Shown one piece after another: positions 27,664 to 38,980 of a stretch of 64,000 bases of DNA. The stretch is from contig NC_045696.1 of the NCBI RefSeq assembly GCF_009834535.1, positions 114,640,001 through 114,704,000 on the forward strand, given 5' to 3'. The notes under the pieces are model-generated. The model did not search any database, was not told where the DNA came from, and worked only from the letters and a program-made list of their open reading frames with translations. The translations under genes and the position numbers were made by a program. This DNA comes from Camelus ferus (taxonomy: Eukaryota). The stretch's first letter is position 1; each line of letters opens with the position of its first letter.

Positions 27664-27839
27664 AAATTATACAGCATAGCCTTCAGTCTCCAGTGTTTAA
27701 AATCCAATTAGAGAGCTAAAATATACCTATATGCTGGGAAAAAAAACGGCAGTACAAGTCAGTGTATATGTTGGTATTTCAGCTTAATTCTCTCGGATAG
27801 CTCTGAGAAAATAGATAAAAAATACATTTTCACTTTCAG

Positions 27840-28205
27840 CCAGCATCTGTGGCTTCTTTTTGGAGGACTGTCCTTGGGCTACTGGAGCCACCATGCCTGG
27901 CCACGCAGGGAGCTGCAAGTGCCCGAAAATGCGCATCCTTTTGGGAAGCACCACAGAGGCGGCATGCTTGGCGTGGGAATAGAAAGTTCCAGCTCCCAGT
28001 CCAGAGCTGCCCTGTGGGATGAGGCTGAAGCCCCTTTCTGCGGGACATTGTCTGACATCCCACCCTTACCTGGCTTCGTCCTCTTTCTGTTCCTGTTTCT
28101 CCCACTCTATTACTGGTTTCTGCTGGAGAATTCCCTTCACAAACCGCCTGCACACAATTGCTCCACTCAGGATGCACCTCTGGGGAACCTGTCACAGAAC
28201 GACAA
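27840..28205 (+). mobile_element. LTR16-like ERVL LTR
   Basis: TGTGGGATGAGGCTGAAG...CTCAGGATGCACCTCTGGGGAACC 3' signature. Confidence 0.65.
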
Positions 28206-28415
28206 GGAACGGTAAGGGCAGATGGCGTGATGGGGACGATATTCATGAGAGGGTTTCAGAAGTGGGGCTCTAATTGCCCACCGCGCCGAGTAGGAAAGGC
28301 TTCAGAATGTAACAGAAATTGTGGGTTTCATAGATATTCATCTATTCAACAGAGAGCGAGGGGGTGATTACCATGTGTCAATGAACAGTGATGGCAGTGG
28401 GAGGAGTTGCTCGGC

Positions 28416-28588
28416 CGGTGGTTCTCAAATTGTGACTCTGGATCAGCAGCAGCAGCAGCACTTGGGAATCTGTTAAAAAGGCAAATTCTCAGACTCCACC
28501 CCAGACCTCCTTTTTCAGAAACTCTGGGGCTGAGGCCGAGCTGTTTGTGCTTTTGCAGTCCTTCGTGCAGTGAGGTTTGACAACACTG
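28416..28588. mobile_element. MER5A MITE
   Basis: CGGTGGTTCTCAAA...CAGCAGCACTTGGGAA...GTTTGACAACACTG. Confidence 0.75.
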
Positions 28589-29882
28589 TACCAGGCAACA
28601 ATCTGGCTTGAACGGTTGCTCTGCTCATTTTTACCTGGGAGCTCAGGTCATCGATTCGTTTCTCTGATGTTTAGTTTCCTCGTGTGAGAGGTAAAGGTGG
28701 TGGGAGCCAACCAAATGTTAATTTTCTGCCTTTGTTTCCCTCCCTGTAGCTTTTCTTCCTATTTTCCCTTTTTTCCGCTTCTTCCTTCTCTCCTTTTTCC
28801 TCCCCCCCCCCACCTTTTTTTCCTTCATTTTCCTCCTCCCTGACTGCCTGATGTTGTTAACCTGGTTAGGAAAGATGGGTTGGATTTCCCCAGGTAGAGA
28901 AGGAGGACTAAACTTCCCAGGCATCAGGAACAGCTTTCAAAAGCACACCTGAGTCACAGGGAGGGGACTATTTGGCCACAGGGAAGTCAAGGATGGACCG
29001 ACAGGAATGGCAGGCTGGGATGAGCATACAGGGGCTTCAGACGTGGATCTGTGACTTGAACTATACGGTAAAGGCAGTGGGGAGGGGGGACTGAGAGTAA
29101 CACGGTGAGAAGCATGATTTGGGCAGATTTATCTGACACTGATCTACCTCAGCTCGAGGAAAGGCAAGATTTCAGGCTGGGAATTCAGTGAGTAAAGATT
29201 TATAAATTAATCCAGGCAATTAATCCAAATAAGAGACCAATCAGGGTACTGGTATTCTAACTAGGAGACAGAAGTAGACAAGAATCTAGGATCTCTTGTG
29301 AGAGGAAAATCCGCTTGGCTGGAGGTGAAGGTGAAAGACAGACAGTGATGAAAAATGGCTTTGAGAGTCTAAGTCTGACAGAATGGGGATACCACTGTTA
29401 GCAAAAGAGGAGCCAATGGGAGGAGAGTTTGCGGAAAGAGGCACACAGAGTTTGAGGCGAGGGGGGGACTTACGGGTTCCCATATTCATCCTTCCAGACA
29501 TCCAGGATAGCACTGTTCTCAAAAAACCAAAAATGGAAATTTCCATAAATCTCCCTGGGAAGACAGCTAGATGAGCGAGCTGAAATATACATAATTTATG
29601 CTTCTGTATTTAAGACAAATTTCAGTCTCCACTGAATGAGCTTTGGGAGAGATTTGTAATCAGATAGCCAAATAAAAATGTTTTGAACCACAAATGGATT
29701 ATAGACGTAGCGCATTGTGCTTGTGTGTGATTTTTTTCTATGTCTGCAAAATGTGTCGAGCTCACAGCAGCCATGCCAGTCCACGAGGTTGCCTTGTGTA
29801 GTTCAAAGCATTGTCCCCACCCAGACTGGATGGACCAAGTGCTAAATTATTGGTTTGGAAACTCACTCATCAGCTCCCCAGG

Positions 29883-30280
29883 TGTCATATGAAACTGGTC
29901 CCCACACAAAGAGGCAGGGAGAGACCAAAGAAAGAGCCAGACCTCTCCAGATGGGTAGGTGGCAGGTGCAATAAGCAAAGGAACTTACATATAAGGCTTG
30001 CCTTGGGCACCACAAAATGAGTAGATCTCTGCATCCACCTGCCAGAATCTTAAAAGTATATACAGAGACCTTTACTGTGCTCAGCCACGTATCCAGTCCA
30101 GAAGGTCTCATTACCAAAGTGTTCACTCAAGGCTGTGTCCTTGCAAAGGGCTCCCACTGTGGGACTGGTGGGCAGAGTGTACATTTCAAGGGTGGGGTAA
30201 GGGGTCAGGAGCCTCTGATTGTCAGGTCTGGCTCTCAGGTCAACCAGCGATCAAGTCCTCTCCATGACCTCCCCCCAACA
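29883..30280 (-). mobile_element. Solo ERVL-type LTR (MER73/74-like), ~398 bp
   Basis: TG...CA termini (TGTCATATG...CCCCCCAACA) and degenerate 5-bp flanks CCAGG/TCAGT. The family name is tentative. Confidence 0.6.
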
Positions 30281-30933
30281 TCAGTTCACTTCCTTGTGAG
30301 TTTCTTTCTTCTAACTTCCCATCCATTGGTTTAAAAAGATCCAGTATCCCCAGGAACTTCCAAGTATGTTGTGTATTTGGTCTTTCTTATTTAACATGTA
30401 TTTAGAACCATTTTCTACTGACTATGATCCTTTCCTTAATATCCACGCTCTAATTATTCTGAACCCTTTTTTGGGGGGGGCTGTAATTTTATATGTATTT
30501 TCATTAGCCATTCCAGAGTTTTACTAGTAATGGGAAAATATTTTTCTTTCTTTTTTTTTTTTTTTTTTGGTCATGAAAAGATACACGTATCAGTGATCCC
30601 TTTCTGATACACCGTGAGGTTTATTTCCTGGGGTTTTTTTTTTTCCCTGCTATCTTCTATTGAAATTGACACTTCTGTTCTCAGGTATTCCACATCTGAA
30701 TCAAATGGAAGGAAATTTGTATTAAAGATTTATTTTGAAAAGCTGCTTAAAACAATCGGATCCATACATCAGCATAGCATGGTTCAGTGCTGAGTCATTT
30801 GGCCAGAGGCAGTCTGGAAAGATGTTCGGAGACAGCGATCACACTCTCCAGAGAGTTGGAGAAGAGGATTGCTTCAGAATATTCCAGAGGACATTTGCTC
30901 CAGGAGAGAAATGGATTACAGAAACACTTTGAG

Positions 30934-31122
30934 CAGCGATTCTCAAATTTGAGCATGTACCAGCATCACCGAAAGGGCTTGTTAAAGCAAAGACGGCTGG
31001 AACCTACACCTAGAGTTTCTGCTTCAGTAGGTCGGGGGTGAAGCCGGGGAACCTGCATTGCTAATAAGTCCCCAGGTGATGCTGCCACTTCTGGTCCAGT
31101 GACAACACTTTGAGAACTGCTC
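30934..31122. mobile_element. MER5A MITE
   Basis: CAGCGATTCTCAAA...CCCAGGTGATGCTG...CTTTGAGAACTGCT. Confidence 0.85.
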
Positions 31123-31498
31123 AACACTTAGGGAGAAAAACAGCCCCCCAAAAGATAGGTTAGCTTGAGGCAGGAACAGGGAATAAGAATGTTTTACTTC
31201 CGTTTCTTTCAATTTTAACGGCGCATAGGTTAATTTTCATAAAACAGAACTTTGTTTATACTTCTAATTTACTCCAAAATTTCACTCTTCATTTGCTTCT
31301 AAATACAGTCCTAATAATTAACTAGAAATTGAAGATCATCAGCAGGGTCCCCCACTTTTCCCCTGCGTTCTTGACAAACTAGCTCATTTGCTGCTCCTTA
31401 AAAAATTCTAAACCCTCATGTCCAACACATTTGTTCTCCCTGGATTGCATTCTTACCCTCACTGTTCTTTTTGCTTTTCAGAGTCAAAGTCCAGTCCC

Positions 31499-31653
31499 TT
31501 TTTTTTTTTTTTCTTCTTTTCTTTTTTTCTTTTTGGTGGGGGGAGGTAATTAGGTTTACTTACTTATTTATTGTTAGAGGAGGTACCAGGGATTGAACCC
31601 AGGGCCTCGTGCATGCTAGCCATGTGCTCTACCACTTGAACTATACCCTCCTC
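31499..31653 (-). mobile_element. tRNA-Ala-derived SINE (camelid vic-1-like)
   Basis: Reverse strand GGAGGGTATAGTTCAAGTGGTAGAGCAC...CTGGGTTCAATCCC (A and B boxes), a T-rich tail on the + strand, and CCAGTCC on both flanks. Confidence 0.85.
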
Positions 31654-31939
31654 CCAGTCCGCCCCTTCTTGAAGATTCAACTAAATTCCTTCCCTTTCAT
31701 AAATTTTCTCAGATAAGGTAACTTCTTACCCTAAACTTTCTACATACTTTTTTTTTTACTTTGCTATTTTTATTTTGCTAAATATTTCATCTCCACCTAT
31801 TATAGTTAGGAGGAAAAAAATTCAAATACTATGATAGCATTTTTGTGACAGCCTTTTTAATCTTCAAATCAACCTTATGAGATAGGTGTTATTATAATAT
31901 CCATTTTACAGACAATTTTCTTCTGTATAGTTCACTATA

Positions 31940-32155
31940 CGGTTGACCCTTGAACAAATTAGGGGTTAAGGGAACCTACCCTTCACGCAGTAGAAAATCC
32001 TTGTGTAACTCATAGTCAGCCCTCCTTATACACAGATATACATCCATGGATTCAACCAGCTGCAGATGTTGTCATCCTGTAACAGTCAACACTGAAAAAA
32101 ATCCAAATATAAGTGGACCCAAGCAGTTCAAACCTGTGTTGTTCAAGGTTAAGCA
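31940..32155. mobile_element. Tigger2/MER8-like MITE with TA target duplication
   Basis: TA|CGGTTGACCCTTGAACAA...TTGTTCAAGGTTAAGCA|TA. Confidence 0.85.
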
Positions 32156-32379
32156 TATTCTAAATTCAATGTATATGAATTCAAGCATGTGATTTCAATA
32201 CATTTGTGTTCTTCCAAAGTATCCATCACCAGACCTTGCAAATAATAATGTTTATTAAAATAATTGCTGTATTCAAGATAGTCTTCTCTGGGTTTCTATA
32301 AAGCAGTGATGGTTAAATATTCAAATACTTGAGAAGGTTAGTTCTACAGGATTCTCTGTGAACTAAATTCTGATGCCTG

Positions 32380-32648
32380 AAAATAACTGGGGATTCCAGG
32401 GTTCTTGGTTCTCTGTCCTCAGTTCAGGATAACTCTGAAGGGCTGGTTTAGTCCAGAGCGCCCGTGGAATCTGGAATCGGCTGAGGCCTTTGCTGAGACT
32501 GCATTGAAGTTCAAGTTTTCCCTTCACCCAACCCAGCTTCCTTTAGTATCTCACAACTCTGGATCTTAAGGGCTCTCCTCATTAAACTTCCTGCACACAG
32601 ATTTCCACATCTCCAGAGTCTGTTTCCTGAAGAACCCAACCTAAGACA
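32380..32648 (+). mobile_element. LTR16-like ERVL LTR 3' part
   Basis: GGATAACTCTGAAGGG...AGAGTCTGTTTCCTGAAGAACCCAACCTAAGACA. Confidence 0.7.
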
Positions 32649-33601
32649 AAAGGAGCATGGACAGGTGACACTAAGTAATCTTATTTTACTTTTTTAGAGA
32701 CAATATTGTAGGAGGGAAATTATATATGCTTTATAATCAGAGAGATGGGCATGTATCAGGTGTCATCTCAGGGAATTCATCTCTCTGAGCCTGTTTTCTC
32801 ATCTCTGAAGAGTTGATTTTATTAGGATTAAAGACAGTCCTTCCCATACAAGTGCCCCGTAGGTGGAGGCTCATGACTGCATAAAGCTGACTCACTGGAA
32901 GGCTCACCACTGGAGGCACATCTTCTTACCCCCTCCCAGATGTGCTGGTTATGGATTTATGTTGTAACACTCCCTTCATTTGTATTGAAGTTTCCTCTTA
33001 AAGAAGCCACATGAATTCCAGGGGACTCAGTGTTCCAGGGGTGACATTTTCCTCTGAGTTTGAGAGGAGGGACAATTTTTCCAGCAGGAGAGACTGGGAC
33101 TTACAAACCCTTTCCTCAGACAATGAGAGTTACGTAGCATCACCCACTCCTACTTCTCAGTGGCTTCCAACAGCAATGGCGTTGACCTCCTCTGTGGACA
33201 GCTCTGCCAGCTTTCCTGGTCCTAGCGTTCTCTCTCTATGATTTGATTGTATTGTTAATATAAATTACATAACATTTATTTAAGTATTATTGACATTTCT
33301 TTATAAACCAGCACTTCAGAAAGTGTTGGGCTAAATTGAGCTCCAAGTTCTGAACTCTTGAATTTTCTCTTGAGTCTTTCCTGTAACTTACCTCACACTA
33401 AACATGGTCTTCATTTTGATGACCTGAAATTCTTATGTCTCCCAGTAACCTCTGCCCATCACTCACTTTGCGTTGATAACATTTTCAGTTTTGTCTTCAT
33501 CTTCAGCTTTCATACTGTAAGTTGACCACCAACCCTAAACACTAGCTTTCCTCTATTTAGTAGTTAACTATGTACCAAGCATTATCTTAAATGCTTTAAG
33601 A

Positions 33602-33791
33602 CAAGGGTTTACAAAGGGTGGTTCTCGAGGCCAGGAGTATCAGCATCACTGCGAAACTTGTTAGAAACTTAAATTTCTGAAACCCACCCAAGATCTAGTA
33701 AACCACTCACTCTTGGTGTGGGGCTCAGTAGTCTGTGTTTGGACGAGACCCCCAGATGACCCTGAGGAAAGCTGTAGTTTGAGAACCACTG
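33602..33791. mobile_element. MER5A MITE inserted into a MIR (MIR parts ~33560-33600 and ~33795-33960)
   Basis: ATCAGCATCACT...AACTTGTTAGAAA...GTTTGAGAACCACTG. The MIR resumes with GATGAGGAAACTAAGGCTTACAGAGG. Confidence 0.75.
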
Positions 33792-34008
33792 CTTTACCAA
33801 TATTATCTTATTTTATCACCAAAACATAAGACTGAAGGGTACATAGTCTTATCCTGGTTTTACGATGAGGAAACTAAGGCTTACAGAGGTAAAGTAAATT
33901 GTGCAAACCTCACGATTGCAGGTGGCAGCATGGTAAACCAAACCCAAGTCTGAAAGATTTGAAAGTCCCTTCTCTCAAGTTCCACTCCATGAAATCCCTC
34001 ATTTGTTT

Positions 34009-34760
34009 TGTTGCCAAAACACGGCCCCCATACCTTGCTTACCAAATGAGCCTCAAGGACAGAGTTTTGGATGAAGCAGAAAAGGCAGCTTTATTTCTTT
34101 GCCAGGCAAAGGAGGTCACAGTGCGCTAATGCCTCCAAGACTGTGAGCCTGCTGGGGAGAAAAAGCAGGGAGTTTTATAGTAAAATTTCAGGAGTTTAAG
34201 GGATGGAGCTAGTTTCCACAGAGATTGCATACAGGGTTACAAATTGTTGCAAAGTTGTTCTTGTTTTTTCAGGTGCAGTGGTCCTCTTCCCTCTGCTAGG
34301 TATGAAGTTCACCTCCAGCTTTGAGACTCTTAATATTCTTGTACCTAGAACAAAAGTTGCATAGGAAGGGGGTCTGTAGAAAAACGCTCTAGAGAAAATG
34401 TTGTGTGGTTTAAAGTCAGGTTGATAAATGCTTCTAGCATTTTAGGCAGATTGAGGCCTGAGGCCTCTTGCCGCAGGCTAAGACTTGCACCTTGAACAAC
34501 AGGATACAAGGAAGTCATAAGGGGCTGAAAACAACTGCAGACATGTGCAGTTGGGGTGTGTTATGAATAAGATGCACAAAACACCCGACTGCTGTTTCTG
34601 AGATGTTGGGGTCAAGAGGAGAGCACTGAGGGCAAGAGGAGGGCACTAAGCATGATGCCAGCATGTAGCATCACAAGGGGGTTGGGCAGATCCCCCAAGC
34701 CTCCCTCCTCTCCAGCACAACCCTGGTCAGCAAGAGCAAGAGAAAAACCCCTTAAGCCAT
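34009..34760. mobile_element. ERV LTR-derived block (antisense LTR from 34009, possibly a second LTR from ~34452)
   Basis: TGTTGCC start, antisense poly(A) signal (CTTTATTT) and TATA (TTTTATAG). The internal boundary is unresolved. Confidence 0.55.
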
Positions 34761-36922
34761 TATACAGTTAAGCAGTTACAAACACCATTGCAGAGACCAG
34801 ATGGTCACCGATGATGACAATAGGACCCTGCTCGATTACAGTTTGATCTCCTAGAATTTCTACTTCATTAATTACTAAACTTGGGTAAACCCTGCTGCAT
34901 GCTTTGTTTGTTTCTGTACTTATGTCTTTGAATATTGCTGGGAGAGTAACAAATAAAAACGTTGATTGTCTTCATTATAATAAACATTATGTTTTCACTC
35001 CTGAGGCAGGCTCATACCTGGTGGGACCACACAGTGGAGTTTCTTCACATCTCTTGCGGATTCACATTCTATACCTGTTAAAACTTGTTCTACAGTATTC
35101 TCCATGTTTTTCTAGCTCACAGTGGTATTTCTGGTTGATCACAAGGTATCAGTAAAGGCTCATCTCTATTTTCCTGGAGACACAGGGACATGAGCCTTTC
35201 TCACTTCCTGCCAATGTACCTTAGAATCTCGATACATCTTCTTGTTCCCTCTTTTGTTCTTGCTTCTAAGGAACAGGTGACCCTTTTCTCTGCTAAGATT
35301 GATTACCTACACCGTTGGTTCACTAGTTGCTTCTCTTTTCAGATATCACTCAATCAAGTCTCCTTTTCTTTTGCCTGGAGCATCTCTCCCAGACTTGTGG
35401 CCCCTTAACGCCATCAACAAAATGTATTTGGACTTTCCTTTTACTGAAGAACAGACTTCCTCAATCCCATTACTAGCCCTTGACCCCCAATCTCGCCTTT
35501 TCATCTTCAGTTGATAGATTATTCTTTAAAGAAATTTGACTAACATTTGTCTTTAATTTCTTTGCCACTCATAATAGTGATACCTTTCTAGTACAGTAAT
35601 TCTCTTGAATATAATCAATTAATTATTTAAACCAGGTCCTTTCCCAAAACAAAACCAACAGCTTTCTCAATATGTATTAATATTTCCCCTTTAATTGTTC
35701 TGCACCCCCCTCATTACCAGTGTCTATCTCTGTTAACAAAGCTTTTCTCTGACGTGGTTTCTATGACACTAAATTAACAGAACCTACTTGGCCACCTCTT
35801 CCCATTTTTTGGTTGTACTCTTCTTCTTTTTATTGAATTATTACTTTATTCAGCCAATGAACATTTTTAGGGCCTACTATGTGCTAAACACTAAGTTAGA
35901 TGTTGGGGCTGCATGTGATATGTTCCCATGTATGTATGTTCCAGTCTTCTCAGACCCTACAGGTGAGTGCAAAAAATATAAATGAGAAAACAGTGCACTA
36001 TCTCACTTCATCCTCACAACAGTTTTATGGAGAGTGAGCTATTATCCATGTTTTACAGGTTATGATACTGAGGGACAGGGAGGTCACAGAGCTCCAAGCT
36101 TCTATTCTCAGCATGGTGTGTTTCCTTCTCCCTTCCACCTCACTAACCTCACATTCTCCCAACAAGTTAACTCCATGTACCCACCCAAGTCTCTCAAACA
36201 TGTGAGCAAACACAAATTCTATTCCAGAACCCATTTCCTCAGAGCAAGGCTTGAATTACAAACTGTGTAAGTATCACCACCTGAACATCTCCCTCAACGT
36301 GCTGACTAAAAATGTCCAAAGAGAACTCATTAACTAATAGCCTTTCCCACAACAACATAAATGTAAACCTAACCAACTGGAGGTTCCCTTCTTAAGCTCT
36401 CAACGGTTAATGGTGTCACCATTTTTCTAGTCTTCTGGACACAGAACCACAGAGAGACCTTGAACAAATCTCTCTCCCCTACATAACTGCTGCATACTGG
36501 TCAGTGTGTCTCAGATAAACACTTTTATATTTCATTTCCCACAAGGGTTATCATTGTTCTGACTTACGTGACCCCTTCCTTATGGCTTCGGCGTCCTCCT
36601 AAGTACTTTCTACAGCTCCGCCATCTTTTGATTCTAGGTCTTCTATTCATTTGTTGTATTAGGTCAGAATCCTCGATACATTTCTGGTCATGGCGGTCCC
36701 CTGTTCAACACTTCTCAAGTGAAGTACAAAACACTCAGGAAAGCATGCATAGCCCCTGCCAATCTCAAACCATTTCTTCTCCCTTCTTTCATCCACTGGA
36801 TGTTCTGGGCCAAAAGGCCCACTTCTCCCCATGCTTTTCTGTCTTCACTTTTTCACCTTAAAGGTCCCTCCTTTTTACCTCTGCCTGGGAGAATCATATC
36901 ATGTTTGAAGTTTTATGTAGTC

Positions 36923-37057
36923 GGGGAGGATACAGCTCAGTGGTCGAGTGCATGCCTAGCATGCACAAGGTCCTGAGGTCCTGGGTTCCAATCTTCACTA
37001 CCTCCATAAAAAATAAATTTAAAAAATACACTTAACTACCTCTCTCCTCAAAAAAAG
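36923..37057 (+). mobile_element. tRNA-Ala-derived SINE (camelid vic-1-like)
   Basis: GGGGAGGATACAGCTCAGTGGTCGAGTGCATGCCTAGCATGCAC...CTGGGTTCCAATC, A-rich tail, degenerate TSD AAGTTTTATGTA/AAGTTTCATCTA, and an internal 8-bp duplication AGGTCCTG x2. Confidence 0.9.
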
Positions 37058-37937
37058 AAAGTTTCATCTAAAATGACCTCCTTTCCATTCATGGAAAGAC
37101 TTCAGTCTCCCCAAACCTCATTGGTGTTTGAACCCTCTGTAGCAATGTGTTTGGTGTTCGCCTCTGGCACCAGAGGCTGCCAGATAGGGTGCTTATCTGT
37201 ATATTGTCAAATTCCTCTTTCAGAGTAGGAACTGTGTCAAATCATGCTCACCCTCAGGAAAGGCCTTTCCCATGGACACTTGCTGAATTGAAGTGGTGGG
37301 ATGAGTATTTAAATCCAGGTGAAAACACGGTAAAGAGAGAGACCGAGGGTCAAACAAAGCTAATAGTCATGCCAAGTCAAAACAGGACATATCTTTCGGC
37401 ACATTGGCTGTTTTTCTCTGTTTCCTTGTTCTTGGCATTTGCTCTTCTTGGTTTGCTTTATCTGTTGGCTTGATAAGCAATTTAACTACTTGGTAATACA
37501 CACCTGAACAGCACTGTATCTGGGAAAGTTAAACAACTGGCTCCCAGGAGGAGGCATAGACTGCCCCTTAGAGGATGTTACTTAGCACTTTCTTTCAAAA
37601 TAAAGTTGTGTTTGAGGGATGGTCACTGTTGGTTGATTTTTAGAGCTTCTCTTGAGAACACATGGAGTGGCAAATTGCCAGTCTCTCTCTCCACTTTTAT
37701 CAGCATTCCTAATGATTTGATCAATAGTAATTATTAATGTCCATCATGATAGTCTTGTATCTGTGGGGCATTTTATCCTTTTGCACTGTTTTCATGTTTA
37801 TAAGTTATTTGGCCTCCACAGCAACCTAAAACCCCATGGCAGTGAGTGCCTTAGTGACATGTTACTCCAGATCATCTTACAAATAGGGGCTCGGCTGGTA
37901 GTAGAAAGAAGGTTTATTTTGTTTGTTCGTTTGTGGT

Positions 37938-38092
37938 TTGCCACTCAAATTGTGGTCCTTAGATCAGCAGCCTCAGACCCACAATTAGATATGCAGAATC
38001 GCAGGCCCCATTCCAGACCTACTGGACCCAAATCTGAACTCTAACAAGATTTCCAGGTGATTCCTCTGCACATTCAAGTTGGAGAAACACTC
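37938..38092. mobile_element. MER5-like MITE just upstream of the promoter
   Basis: GCAGAATCGCAGGCCCCATTCCAGACCTACTG...CCAGGTGATTC...AAGTTGGAGAAACACT. Confidence 0.7.
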
Positions 38093-38787
38093 CTCTAGGT
38101 CCTAGACTAGGAGAACAGAGGGGGTGTTTTCATTCCCAGGGTATTATTGTACCTCGTGTGAGAGAGGGGGAGGGCGGATGAGAAGATCGGGTGAGGGTAG
38201 ACAAATCTCAAGAGGACACGGTCCCCCAAGAGGGGTGAGCATTCGTGTTTGGGGGAGGAGGGACTTCCCTGTATATTTGCAGCAGCTTCTTCTCCCATCT
38301 CTGTGCATCGGCACTGAGGTTGGAGGTTAACTGTTAAAAAGGAGAGGGGGGTTGCGGATGGGGTGGGGTGGAGTGGGGGAGTGGTTGTCAGGTAACTGTC
38401 CCCAACCGCTGAGGATAAAGGATCTAAGCACGGAAGGAAGGGAAGCCCCTTTCCCGAGCCTCCTACAGCAGCTCACTGGAGCTCATTTCCAATTATTTCT
38501 AGTTTCTGGATGCAGTTCTCCTCCTCCCGTTGCCCTGAACACCGCGAGCCACTCACTCGGTGAGAGCCAGCTCCCGGCCTCCCGCTTGCTTTCTGCCTTC
38601 TCCGCCGTCTCCCTCCGGCCCTCCCTCGGCGCCGGCTCGCACCTCTCCCGGCCGGTGCACCTGGGGCGGGCGCGGGCGGCGTGCCGAGTGCCCCGGACGA
38701 CTGCCACCTCCAGCCCGCGCCCGAGGCACCGCGCTCCCGGCGTTCAGGGACGGTCCTTCGCGGCCGCCGCTCACACCTCGTGGCGAC

Positions 38788-38812
38788 CGCCGCCGCCGCC
38801 GCAGCCGCCGCC
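38788..38812 (+). repeat. Interrupted (GCC)n tract in the first exon / 5'UTR
   Basis: CGCCGCCGCCGCCGCAGCCGCCGCC. Confidence 0.9.
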
Positions 38813-38874
38813 GAAGCTGCGGGCGCGCAGCCGTGCGCCCCGGGGACCGCCAGCCGCGGCGGCCGCTCCTCCCG

Positions 38875-38980
38875 ATGCCAGGGCCGGGGCGCCGGGCGGC
38901 CGCCAGCAGGAAGATGAAGGGCTCGGCGGGAGGAAGGAGAGAAAAGCTGCTGGGCTCTCCGAAAGCTCAGCCCGGCCAGG
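38875..38980 (+). CDS. Putative first exon end, possibly coding (MPGPGRRAAASRK-MKGSAGGRREKLLGSPKAQPGQ, phase-1 donor); may instead be 5'UTR or a uORF
   Basis: In-frame ATGs at 38875 (weak context) and 38914 (A at -3). The frame is open to a consensus donor CAGG|GTAAGT (38980/38981). The exon boundary is well supported. Coding status is not, and I do not recognise the peptide. Confidence 0.45.

Noticed and set aside
28725..28845. Polypyrimidine tract (possible H-DNA or splice acceptor)
   Set aside because: Irregular low-complexity sequence upstream of the promoter, with no clear mirror symmetry or associated exon.
36923..37000. tRNA-Ala-like sequence
   Set aside because: It has an A-rich tail, a TSD, an internal duplication and two more copies in the window, so it is a SINE and not a tRNA gene.
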